From contig CAUTJT010000002.1 in assembly GCA_963539215.1 (NCBI GenBank), positions 175,087 through 199,086 of the forward strand: a stretch of 24,000 nucleotides of DNA, given 5' to 3'. Both the position numbers and the translations under genes were made by a program. Below the pieces are notes generated by a model. That model was given only the letters and a program-made list of their open reading frames with translations. It did no database searches and was not told the origin of the DNA. Below are positions 8,161 to 19,836 of this stretch, in pieces; within the stretch, counting starts at the first letter, position 1; every line of letters starts with the position of its first letter. This stretch comes from an uncultured Streptobacillus sp. GTDB lineage: Bacteria > Fusobacteriota > Fusobacteriia > Fusobacteriales > Leptotrichiaceae.

Positions 8161-8360
8161 ATTTTAAAAAATTTTATAGTTCCCTATCATTTTAAATTTT
8201 AAAAATATTTTTAATCTTTTCCGTATAGTATACCCCACCATATATAAAATTAGTAACTGTTTACATTATAATATATTTATTTCAATCATAAACTATAATA
8301 TTTGTTAAAATAATATATTAATTCGACCTAAAGAATATAGATAAATTAATATATAATTAA

Positions 8361-8390
8361 GAATAATAAAACAATAGTTAAATCTATTGT
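8361..8390 (-). terminator. Candidate terminator of the 10-kb sugar operon
   Basis: The minus strand reads ACAATAG-ATTTAA-CTATTGT followed by TTTTATTATT. It is one of three AT-rich hairpins downstream of the pgmB stop; another is AAAACTATA/TATAGTTTT at 8433..8457. Confidence 0.4.
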
Positions 8391-8534
8391 ATTTTTAAAT
8401 TACAAAAAAAGTATCTAATAAAGACTTTTATTAAAACTATATACAAATTATAGTTTTAAAGTTCTAAATTAAATACTTTTTTATTTAAAATATATTTATC
8501 TAACTTTTTATAACTTTCACCTCTTAATTAACAG

Positions 8535-9179
8535 TTATAAAAATTTTAATAATTCTTCTATTTTTTCTATATTATACTTAGGAATTTGTAATATATTTTC
8601 TGCTTTACCTCTTAAATTATATCCAACTGTTATAGTTCCTAATACATTACCAGCCTCTATACCTACTCTTGCATCTTCAACTATTATACAACTATGTGCT
8701 TCTTGTTTTATCATTTCTATAGATTTTTTATAAATTTCAGGGTTAGGTTTACTATTCTCTATTTGATTCCCGTCAATTATAGCATCAAAAAGATTTATTA
8801 TTCCTAACTTTTCAAGTATAATCTTAGCATTTTTACTAGATGAGCCTATAGCTATCTTAATCCCTTTTTCTTTTAATTTTTTCAATGTATATACTACATT
8901 TTCATCTAAATCTTTTTCAGTCATTTCATTTAATAATTCAAGATAATATTCATTCTTTTCTTTAAGAATTTTTTGTATTTCTTGTTCATCCATCTTCTTT
9001 TTATTAACTTTAAGGATTACTTCTAAACTATCTCTTCTACTTATACCTCTAAGATTATGATTTATTTCTTCATCAAAATATAATTTTAGTTTTTTAGAAA
9101 TTTTATTCCAAGCTTTAAAGTGATAGACATCTGTATGACATATTACTCCATCTAAATCAAATATAACTCCTTTAATCAC
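8535..9179 (-). CDS. pgmB: Beta-phosphoglucomutase (HAD superfamily)
   Basis: 214 aa. HAD motif I is VIFDLDGVICHTD, followed by YHFKAWNKI. GSSSKNA and the VEDARVGIEAG motifs are typical of beta-PGM. The GTG start has AAGGAAG upstream and overlaps the DMT stop (GTGATTAA). Confidence 0.9.
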   Translation of the reverse strand: MIKGVIFDLDGVICHTDVYHFKAWNKISKKLKLYFDEEINHNLRGISRRDSLEVILKVNKKKMDEQEIQKILKEKNEYYLELLNEMTEKDLDENVVYTLKKLKEKGIKIAIGSSSKNAKIILEKLGIINLFDAIIDGNQIENSKPNPEIYKKSIEMIKQEAHSCIIVEDARVGIEAGNVLGTITVGYNLRGKAENILQIPKYNIEKIEELLKFL

Positions 9180-10038
9180 TTTTTTCTTCCTTTCTTACTA
9201 TCATAATAGAAGAATATGTTATTAACATTCCTCCTATGATAATATTTAAAGTTAATTTATCTATTCCCAAAATTATGGAAAAAACAGTTGCAAATAAACA
9301 CTCTAATGATAATATAGTTCCAGTGCTTATTGAATCTATATATTTTTGAGCATATGTTTGCAATAAATAACAAAGACATGTACTAAATGCTCCTAAATAC
9401 ACTATACTTAGTATACCTCTATCAAAATTAATAATTATTTTTTCGTTAAATATTAATAATATCGTAGATATCATACCTGCAATAAATAATTGTACAAAAT
9501 TAACTTTTATAGGATCTAAATTTTTTAAATTTAAATCCAAATATACAACTTGTAATGCAAAAAATATTGCAGATATCAACGTCAATAAATCTCCTATTCT
9601 AAATTCAAATTTTTTACCGTTAAGATTCAATATAAATACTCCTATAATCATTACTAAAGTTAATAAAAAAACGTAATTTTTAGGTTTCTTTTTACTTATT
9701 TCCCATAGTATAAATGGTATCATAACAATATTTGTAGCTGTAAAAAATGCAACATTAGAAACATTCGTGTATTTTTGTCCTAAAGTTTGGAAATAAAAAG
9801 CCAAAAATATAAAAATACCTGAAAAAAATCCAGTTTTAAATTCAGATTTACTCAGTCTTTTAAGTTTTGTATTAAATATCAATAAATTTAATAAAGTTGC
9901 AACTATAAATCTAAAAGACATAATATTTAATGTACTATATCCTCCATCAATAGCATATTCAACTGCTATGAATCCACTCCCCCAAATAATAACCACTATC
10001 AACAATAATATTTTTGGATTAAATAACGCCTTTTTCAT
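9172..10038 (-). CDS. DMT-superfamily (EamA-type) membrane transporter
   Basis: 288 aa with about 10 predicted hydrophobic helices and two EamA-like halves (IIWGSGFIAVEYA... and ...YLLQTYAQKYIDS). It overlaps both neighbours, by 20 nt with the GH65 gene and by 8 nt with pgmB. Confidence 0.85.
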   Translation of the reverse strand: MKKALFNPKILLLIVVIIWGSGFIAVEYAIDGGYSTLNIMSFRFIVATLLNLLIFNTKLKRLSKSEFKTGFFSGIFIFLAFYFQTLGQKYTNVSNVAFFTATNIVMIPFILWEISKKKPKNYVFLLTLVMIIGVFILNLNGKKFEFRIGDLLTLISAIFFALQVVYLDLNLKNLDPIKVNFVQLFIAGMISTILLIFNEKIIINFDRGILSIVYLGAFSTCLCYLLQTYAQKYIDSISTGTILSLECLFATVFSIILGIDKLTLNIIIGGMLITYSSIMIVRKEEKSD

Positions 10039-12229
10039 AAATTTCTACTTTCTCTTTATCAATTTTTATATTATATATCTTTTTATTATTAACTAAACTA
10101 AATTTAAGTAAATCTAATTCTTTAGGAAGTTTAGGATTAACTTTTATTTCTCCATTTTCAATTTTAAGACCCGCAAATCCATAAATTATAGTTTGCCATG
10201 TTCCTCCGCTTGATGCAGCATGCATTCCTTCTTTAAGATTTCCTTGATTATTATCATAATCAACAAATAATGAACGTTTAAAATATTCATAACCTTTTTC
10301 AACTTTACCTTGTCTTATTCCAACTATACTATATACACTAGGACTAAGAGAAGATCTATGTAATGTTCTTTTTTCATAATAATCAAAATTAATATTTTTA
10401 ACTTTTTCACTAAATTTATTAGGAAATAAGAATATAGCCATTATTACATCCGCCTGTTTAAGTATTGTGGTTCTATCTCTTTGTACATTCTTAAGTTCAA
10501 TAGGTAGAAGCGGCATATTATTAACATCATAATCTACTATAGGTACATCAATCAAATTAAAATATCCTTCAAATTGTTCTATTATTCCCTCCATATTAGG
10601 TATATATATTTTTTCTATTATTCCATTTATTTGATCAACTAATCCTTTTTCTTCAAATAATATTTCCTTAGCTAATTCTAAATGCCATTTAACTAAAAAA
10701 TTAGTATAAAAATTATTTTTAATATCTTCATGCCATTCATCAGGACCAGTAACATTGGTTAATTCATAAATATCTTTAGACCTATTATATTCCAGTCTCG
10801 ACAACCAATATATCGATGTTTCATAAAGAATTTCTTTGAATTTTTCAAAATATTCTTCATCACCTGTATGTAAATAATAATTATAACCACCATATATTAT
10901 ATCTGATGTAACATGTATCTCTTGTTTTGCAACAGTACACTCGTAACATGACCCATCATATTCTATGGTCCAATCTGGACATTCCTCATCTCCTGTATCT
11001 GCTGATTCCCAAGGAAATCTTGCACCTAAATACCCAAACTTTTTAGCATTTCTCTTTGCACCATCTAACATTTCATATCTATACTCAACTAAATTTTTAG
11101 CTATTTCTGGAAAAATAGTTATAAAGAAAGGAAGAGTAAATAATTCAGTATCCCAAAAAGCATGCCCTCCATATTCTTCTCCATGTAATAATTTAGCACC
11201 AATATTCGTCTTATTACTATTCGGATCTGGTGTACTCATAAGATGAAAAATATTAAATCTAAGCGCATTTTGAACTTTTTCATCTCCTTTTATTTCTATA
11301 TCTGCTCTTTCCCACATATTTAGATATATTTCTTTATGAAGTTTAAACTCTTCTTCAAATCCTCTACTCATCAAATCAGATAATTCTTTTTCAGATTGTT
11401 TTAATATTTTATTACTATCATTACCATTCTTAACACTTACATATTTTTCTATAATATATGTATTATTTTCAGTTACATTAACATCAAAAAATTCTACAGC
11501 ATATTCACCATATGATTTATTTACATATTTTGTTTCTAATAATTCTCCATTTTCATACAAAACATTAATTTTAGAACTAGTTACTATATTTAATCCAAAA
11601 TCATTCGTACTAGTTTTAACGTATATACCACCATTAGTTGATAAATTTTCTATTTCTTTAACTTTATAGTGTTTTACTCTAAATCTAGGTACATCTATAA
11701 AATTAGTTATAGAAGCATCTATAATATTTTCAAATTCTAAATTTCCACTATAATTAAGAGGTTTTATATATACTCTAAAAATCCCACTCTCTGGTGTATT
11801 TCTACTAAGCATGTGTATACTTTCTATAAGTGTTTCATCTCCTTTACTAGATACATTAATATATCTTTTGACCACTATACCATTTTTCATATCAAGAACC
11901 CTAACATATCCTTTAATATATTTAGTTATCTCAGGTCCCATAGGTTCAGTATCTTTATATATATTAAGTAAATTCCAATTAGGTAAATTAACCAATTCTC
12001 TCTGTAACGCGTTATTTCTATCAAATACACCATGCATATAATTAGCAGGGAGAGATTTTTGTATAAATCCTTCAAAATGCGAACCCCTAAGTCCAAGTCT
12101 TCCACTTGCTAAAGTAAATCTTGTTTCATTATTTATTACTTCATTTTTATTATAGTCATTTTCTATATACAACCACTCATCATCTGATATATATTTACTA
12201 ATTGCATCAGAAAAAATATTTCTTATCAT
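10019..12229 (-). CDS. GH65 alpha-glucoside phosphorylase (maltose/kojibiose/nigerose phosphorylase-like; specificity not assignable)
   Basis: 736 aa. The N-terminus ETRFTLASGRLGLRGSHFEG is typical of the family. The conserved acid-catalyst context is NVTGPDEWHE, followed by ILKQADV and HRSSLSPS. I recall HRSSLSPS as the phosphate-site motif of phosphorylase members. The gene is co-operonic with beta-PGM. Its ATG overlaps the permease stop (TAATG). Confidence 0.88.
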   Translation of the reverse strand: MIRNIFSDAISKYISDDEWLYIENDYNKNEVINNETRFTLASGRLGLRGSHFEGFIQKSLPANYMHGVFDRNNALQRELVNLPNWNLLNIYKDTEPMGPEITKYIKGYVRVLDMKNGIVVKRYINVSSKGDETLIESIHMLSRNTPESGIFRVYIKPLNYSGNLEFENIIDASITNFIDVPRFRVKHYKVKEIENLSTNGGIYVKTSTNDFGLNIVTSSKINVLYENGELLETKYVNKSYGEYAVEFFDVNVTENNTYIIEKYVSVKNGNDSNKILKQSEKELSDLMSRGFEEEFKLHKEIYLNMWERADIEIKGDEKVQNALRFNIFHLMSTPDPNSNKTNIGAKLLHGEEYGGHAFWDTELFTLPFFITIFPEIAKNLVEYRYEMLDGAKRNAKKFGYLGARFPWESADTGDEECPDWTIEYDGSCYECTVAKQEIHVTSDIIYGGYNYYLHTGDEEYFEKFKEILYETSIYWLSRLEYNRSKDIYELTNVTGPDEWHEDIKNNFYTNFLVKWHLELAKEILFEEKGLVDQINGIIEKIYIPNMEGIIEQFEGYFNLIDVPIVDYDVNNMPLLPIELKNVQRDRTTILKQADVIMAIFLFPNKFSEKVKNINFDYYEKRTLHRSSLSPSVYSIVGIRQGKVEKGYEYFKRSLFVDYDNNQGNLKEGMHAASSGGTWQTIIYGFAGLKIENGEIKVNPKLPKELDLLKFSLVNNKKIYNIKIDKEKVEIYEKGVI

Positions 12230-13053
12230 TATCCTTTTACACCTCCGCTTATTCCATCAATAATATCCTTTTGTGCAAAGAAAAAAACAATTATTGGTGG
12301 TATACACATCAGCAAGCTAATACACATAGTTGGAACGATAGCATCACTATGCACCCCCTTAAATGAAGCAAGTCCTAAAGCCAAAGTATACTTATCTTGA
12401 CTATTAATAAAAACTAAAGGTCCTAAATAATCATTCCAAACAACTATCATATTAAGAACTGCTACCAAGATCACACTGGGTTTCATCATAGGTAAATATA
12501 TTTTACTATATATTTGAAATTCATTTGCTCCATCAATCTTAGCTGCTTCTGCAAAATCTTTAGGAACTGTTTCCAAAAATTGCTTCAATAGATAAATATA
12601 ATACGCTGATCCGAATAAAGCTGGAATTATTAAAGGTTTTAATGTATCTATCCAACCAAATAAATTAAATTGCATATATTGTGGAATAACAGTTACATCC
12701 CAAGGTAACATCATAGTAGCAAGCATAATACTAAATAATAACTTATCATATTTAAATTTAAATCTTGCAAAACCATATGCAACTAAAGTTCCTGATATAA
12801 CTTGCCCTATAGTAGTTAAAACCGTAACTATCATTGAATTTATTGCAAATTTATAAAAAGGCTGCATATGCCATGCTTTTATAAAATTATAATATCCAAA
12901 TTTTTCAGGTAAAAATTTTGGAGGATAACTAAATACTTCTGTTTCACTCTTAAGAGCACTTAATATCATCCAAATAAACGGGAATAGAAAGTATATCCCA
13001 ATAATTATACAAAATACATATATTATTATAGTCCATTTTTTATCCAATCTCAT
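12229..13053 (-). CDS. Carbohydrate ABC transporter permease (MalG/CUT1-type)
   Basis: 274 aa with six hydrophobic segments. The EAA-loop region is EAAKIDGANEFQIYSKIYLPMMKP. SD GAGGTG lies upstream. Confidence 0.9.
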   Translation of the reverse strand: MRLDKKWTIIIYVFCIIIGIYFLFPFIWMILSALKSETEVFSYPPKFLPEKFGYYNFIKAWHMQPFYKFAINSMIVTVLTTIGQVISGTLVAYGFARFKFKYDKLLFSIMLATMMLPWDVTVIPQYMQFNLFGWIDTLKPLIIPALFGSAYYIYLLKQFLETVPKDFAEAAKIDGANEFQIYSKIYLPMMKPSVILVAVLNMIVVWNDYLGPLVFINSQDKYTLALGLASFKGVHSDAIVPTMCISLLMCIPPIIVFFFAQKDIIDGISGGVKG

Positions 13054-13064
13054 ACTTCACACCT

Positions 13065-13949
13065 CTAATCCTTATTATCAGAATAATTAAATACCCATTT
13101 CTTTGATGTTTTAAACATAATACCAGTAATCATTAATATTAAAACAAACATTATCCATGCACTAGCTGAAGCATAACCTAATCTAGATTTTTTAAATGCA
13201 TTGTTATAAACAAAAAGTCCATACATATATGTAGAATTTAACGGCCCACCATTAGTTAATAACAATACTAAAGCTAAATTTTGCAATGCACCTATTATCG
13301 CTGTAACTGTATTAAATAATAAAGTTGGAGTTATTAATGGTAATGTTATTTTAAAAAATGTATTTATAGGCCCTGATCCATCTATTATAGAGGCTTCGTA
13401 TATATCTACTGATATACCTTTAAGTGCTGTATAGAATACTAACATCATTGTACCAACTGTCCACCCCGATACTATCACTAATGCAATAAGAGCCCATAAT
13501 TCACTATTTAACCAATCTGGTCCCAATACATCAAACACACTCAATCCATAATTTAATATTCCAAATTCTGTATTTAAAATCCAACCCCATATTATTGATA
13601 CTGCAACACTTGAAACTACAGTTGGTAAATAGAATATAACTCTAAATACTGATATAAATTTTAAATTTTTTGATATTAATACCGCTAAAATTAAAGCGAT
13701 AATTATGTTAAAAGGAACAAAGAATAAGGTAAATTTAAAAGTTATATATAATGACTTATAGAACTGATCATCTTTTGTAAATAGTTCAACATAATTCCCT
13801 ATACCAACAAATACTCTCTCCCCTATAACTGGCCAATCATAAAAACTCATAATAAAAGACATAACTAAGGGCCCTAGAATAAATAAAATCATTCCAATAA
13901 ACCATGGTGCTATAAACAAATAAGGTATAACTTTTTCTTTTTTCTTCAT
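13065..13949 (-). CDS. Carbohydrate ABC transporter permease (MalF/CUT1-type)
   Basis: 294 aa, multi-pass. The EAA-loop region is EASIIDGSGPINTFFKITLPLITP. SD AGGAGG lies upstream. Confidence 0.9.
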   Translation of the reverse strand: MKKKEKVIPYLFIAPWFIGMILFILGPLVMSFIMSFYDWPVIGERVFVGIGNYVELFTKDDQFYKSLYITFKFTLFFVPFNIIIALILAVLISKNLKFISVFRVIFYLPTVVSSVAVSIIWGWILNTEFGILNYGLSVFDVLGPDWLNSELWALIALVIVSGWTVGTMMLVFYTALKGISVDIYEASIIDGSGPINTFFKITLPLITPTLLFNTVTAIIGALQNLALVLLLTNGGPLNSTYMYGLFVYNNAFKKSRLGYASASAWIMFVLILMITGIMFKTSKKWVFNYSDNKD

Positions 13950-13970
13950 AATTATCGCCTCCTATTACAT

Positions 13971-15191
13971 TTACTTAGCTGCCTCACTTAAGGCTTTTTC
14001 TGGATCTTCTAAAGTATTTTTATTAAACATTTTTTCTAAAGCTAATTCTAATTTTTCTGATAAACTTGACCAATCTTTAACTATAAATGAAGCTGGCATA
14101 TGTGATTGACTTCTTTCTAACATAGTATAAAATTTACCGTTAATCTCATCTTCATTTAATTTCAAATCTTTAACAACACTTTTAAGAACAGGAAATTCGT
14201 ATCCTAATCTATTTTTATTCATTTCACTACTAGTCCAAAATTTAGCAAATTCCCATGCAGCATCTACATTTTTAGTTGTTGCAGATATTGCTACCCCAGA
14301 AGAACTTATTATACTTTCAGATTTATTATCTCCATAATTAGGTAATAATTGTATACCAAAATTCACACCTTTTTCCTTTAACTTATTGATAGACCAAGAA
14401 CCGTTAATATACATACCAACTTTACCTAATATGAAACTTTTTTCCCCATAATCCTCAGTTGTTGTTGCAATACCCGCTTTAATCATATTTTGAAAAACTC
14501 TAAATGCTTCAATTGTTTCTTTACTATCTAAGAACCCTTGAACATTACCATCTTTATCAGTATACGCTTTTTTATTAGACCAAGCAAACATTTCATAATC
14601 ATAAGGATCTGGTTTTAAAGGAAAAGCAATACCAAATATTTTAGAATCAGAATTTGTAATTTTTTCTGCCGCTTTATATACATCTTGCCAAGTCCAATTT
14701 TCAGTAGGATATTCCAATCCGTTTTTATCAAATAAATCTTTATTAAAATATAAAACATGTGTAGTATATCCAACTGGAAGACCTAATTTTTTACCACCAT
14801 ATGAATTATAATTCCATAAAGCTTCATAAAAATCTTTTTCATATGCTTCGCCTTCTTTTTTAATTAAATCATCAAGAGGCATTAACCCTTTACTATATTT
14901 AGGATAATTCCACATATACATAACATCCGGAGCATCTCCACTTCCCATAGCTGCTGTGATTTTAGTGTCATAATTAGAACCATATGCTTCAAGAGTAACT
15001 TCTATTTTATCTTGACTATTATTAAATTCATCAACAATTTTCTGTTGTTTTTCTAAATCTTCAGCATTATCCCAAGTTGCAAATCTAATCTTAGTTTTAC
15101 CTTCTATAGTCTCCTTTCCAGTATTTTCAAAACAAGAAAATGTACATAATAATGTTAATAACAACATTATTCTTAAAAAAAATTTTTTCAT
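13971..15191 (-). CDS. Extracellular/periplasmic sugar-binding protein of the ABC transporter (CUT1 family)
   Basis: The signal peptide is MKKFFLRIMLLLTLLCTFSC, with a possible lipobox-like FSC. The body is typical of family-1 solute-binding proteins. The track start at 15200 is a GTG that lies inside the SD (AAAGGTGG). The ATG at 15191 sits 5 nt after that SD, so I use 15191. Confidence 0.9.
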   Translation of the reverse strand: MKKFFLRIMLLLTLLCTFSCFENTGKETIEGKTKIRFATWDNAEDLEKQQKIVDEFNNSQDKIEVTLEAYGSNYDTKITAAMGSGDAPDVMYMWNYPKYSKGLMPLDDLIKKEGEAYEKDFYEALWNYNSYGGKKLGLPVGYTTHVLYFNKDLFDKNGLEYPTENWTWQDVYKAAEKITNSDSKIFGIAFPLKPDPYDYEMFAWSNKKAYTDKDGNVQGFLDSKETIEAFRVFQNMIKAGIATTTEDYGEKSFILGKVGMYINGSWSINKLKEKGVNFGIQLLPNYGDNKSESIISSSGVAISATTKNVDAAWEFAKFWTSSEMNKNRLGYEFPVLKSVVKDLKLNEDEINGKFYTMLERSQSHMPASFIVKDWSSLSEKLELALEKMFNKNTLEDPEKALSEAAK

Positions 15192-15206
15192 ATTATCCAC
15201 CTTTCA

Positions 15207-15644
15207 TCAATAATTTTCTATTGTAAATTTTATAATTAATTTTTCTACTTCTTTATTTAAAAATCTAAACGCTTCATCATTACTAATTATTATTATATTA
15301 CCTTTTTTTAAATTATACACATTCCCTTTTCCTTTATAAAGTTCTATATCTTTTATATCATCATAATCAGTAACGATTATCAAATCTTTTTTATTCGCTA
15401 TCTCTATATAAGTCTCACCATCTAATATATATTGAATATCAAAATATCTTTTATGTCCTTCAAATTCTTTCTCATCATATATTGTATTATTTTTAGTTCT
15501 TCTAAAAACTAATTTATCAGATATACTTTGATAAATATCCATATTTATTTTATGAATATTATCAATAGATTCTAATACAGGTTTATAATTTTCATTAAAA
15601 AAGAAATTATTTCTAAACTCCTCTACATTATTAAATATATACAT
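15207..15644 (-). CDS. ebgC: YhcH/YjgK/YiaL (DUF386) family protein, EbgC-like beta-galactosidase beta subunit
   Basis: 145 aa. MYIFNNVEEFR..., GHKRYFDIQYILDGE, EAFRF and KFTIE match my recollection of E. coli EbgC (MRIIDNLEQFR..., GHRRYFEVHYYLQG, EAYRF, KVTIE). It lies immediately downstream of the GH2 gene, as in ebgAC. SD AAGGAG lies upstream. Confidence 0.8.
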   Translation of the reverse strand: MYIFNNVEEFRNNFFFNENYKPVLESIDNIHKINMDIYQSISDKLVFRRTKNNTIYDEKEFEGHKRYFDIQYILDGETYIEIANKKDLIIVTDYDDIKDIELYKGKGNVYNLKKGNIIIISNDEAFRFLNKEVEKLIIKFTIENY

Positions 15645-15656
15645 TTTTTCTCCTTT

Positions 15657-18695
<3,039 letters not shown>

Positions 18696-18724
18696 TTATA
18701 AAATTAACAATAATAATAAAATAT

Positions 18725-18744
18725 TTTAGTAAAATTTTACTAAA
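18725..18744. promoter_or_regulatory. Perfect 20-bp palindrome TTTAGTAAAA|TTTTACTAAA, candidate operator in the divergent control region
   Basis: It is an exact inverted repeat between the regulator gene and the beta-galactosidase operon. It sits between weak divergent promoter candidates. For the regulator these are -35 TTGTTT at 18747..18752 and -10 TATACT at 18769..18774. For the operon on the minus strand these are -35 TTGTTA at 18710..18705 and -10 TAGACT at 18688..18683. Confidence 0.45.
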
Positions 18745-18797
18745 TTTTGTTTTTTTTACTTTTCAGTTTATACTTATATAAAAGGAGAAGTATTATT

Positions 18798-19745
18798 ATG
18801 AAATTAATAAAAATGTCAGAAAAATTAGGTATTTCTATAACAACTATATCAAGAGTTCTAACAAATGATCCCAATATAAAAGTTAAGGAAAGTACTAAAA
18901 ATAAAATAATTGAATTTGCATTAGAAAATGGTTATGAATTTAAAAATAAGGAAAACAAAAAAGAAGTTTTGATTATTACATCATATAACAAAGAAACAGA
19001 ACTAGAAGATCCCTACTATAAGGAATTAAGGATTCTTTTGGAAAAAGAACTCATAAAAAATAATTTTAAATATAAGAACATAGAATATAATAATAAAATT
19101 AAATTTAATAAATACAATATACTGATAGGTCATTTTAATAAAAATCAATTAAAAGATATCAGCAATAATAATAAAATTAATATTTTATGTGATTCATATA
19201 CTAGTGAAGAAAATATAGACTGTATATCTTTCGACTACAAACACTCTGTATATAATGTTCTAAATGTTTTTATAAAAAGAGGACACAATAAAATAGCTTT
19301 TATCGGAGGCCGTGATTCATATGGAAGTATTGATTTTAGAGAAAAATATTATAAAAACTATATGATAAAAAATAATAAATATAATGATAAATATATATAT
19401 GTTGATAAATTTAATTCGGCGACAGGATATAAAGGGATTAAAGAAATATATAAAAACAATAATCCAACAGCAATTTTTGTTGCAAATGATACTATAGCTA
19501 TAGGTTGTTATAAAGCTCTAAATGAAATTGGTAAAATAATAGGAAAAGATGTTTCTATAATAGGATTTAACAATTCAGATTTTGTAGAATTTATGACGCC
19601 TCAATTATCTTCTGTACAACTTTTTATAAATAATATAGTTAAAGAAACTATAGCACTTTTAATAGAGCACATAACCTTAAAAAGAAAATACTCTAAAAAA
19701 GTTACACTATCTACAAAATTAGTAAAAAGAGAAAGCTTATTTTAA
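18798..19745 (+). CDS. LacI-family transcriptional regulator (EbgR/GalR-like), divergent from the beta-galactosidase operon
   Basis: The HTH is MKLIKMSEKLGISITTISRVLTND and the C-terminal sugar-binding fold includes FVANDTIAIGCYKALNEIG and VSIIGFNNSDF. The track start at 18747 is a TTG. The ATG at 18798 follows AAAGGAGAAG by 7 nt, so I use 18798. Confidence 0.88.
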   Translation: MKLIKMSEKLGISITTISRVLTNDPNIKVKESTKNKIIEFALENGYEFKNKENKKEVLIITSYNKETELEDPYYKELRILLEKELIKNNFKYKNIEYNNKIKFNKYNILIGHFNKNQLKDISNNNKINILCDSYTSEENIDCISFDYKHSVYNVLNVFIKRGHNKIAFIGGRDSYGSIDFREKYYKNYMIKNNKYNDKYIYVDKFNSATGYKGIKEIYKNNNPTAIFVANDTIAIGCYKALNEIGKIIGKDVSIIGFNNSDFVEFMTPQLSSVQLFINNIVKETIALLIEHITLKRKYSKKVTLSTKLVKRESLF

Positions 19746-19755
19746 ATATATAAAG

Positions 19756-19813
19756 AGAACATGTACCAACAAACTATTTTTATTTTTCCATTCAGTTTGT
19801 AGGTACATGTTCT
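19756..19813. terminator. Long hairpin between convergent genes (probable bidirectional terminator)
   Basis: AGAACATGTACCAACAAACT (19756..19775) pairs with AGTTTGTAGGTACATGTTCT (19794..19813). The stem is 20 bp with one mismatch and an 18-nt T-rich loop. It sits between the regulator stop (19745) and the ATPase stop (19837). Confidence 0.55.
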
Positions 19814-19836
19814 ATAATATGACATTAACAAAAATA

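Noticed and set aside
7165-8534. Possible defence island or CRISPR accessory context for the WYL-like gene
   Set aside because: There are no cas, BREX, CBASS, restriction, toxin or nuclease genes and no repeats or spacers anywhere in the window. All neighbours are sugar-metabolism genes.
7165-8534. Possible mobile element carrying the chimeric gene
   Set aside because: I could see no transposase, integrase or recombinase, no terminal inverted repeats and no target-site duplication. Composition is the same as the flanks.
10965-11246. 93-aa plus-strand ORF inside the GH65 gene (also 11811..12041)
   Set aside because: Both are antisense shadow ORFs within a strongly supported CDS.
18750-18757. 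T8 homopolymer in the putative promoter spacer of the second LacI-family gene as a phase-variation tract
   Set aside because: Tracts of 7-8 A/T occur many times in this window (for example 8152..8159 and 4464..4470). The tract is too short and too common to call.
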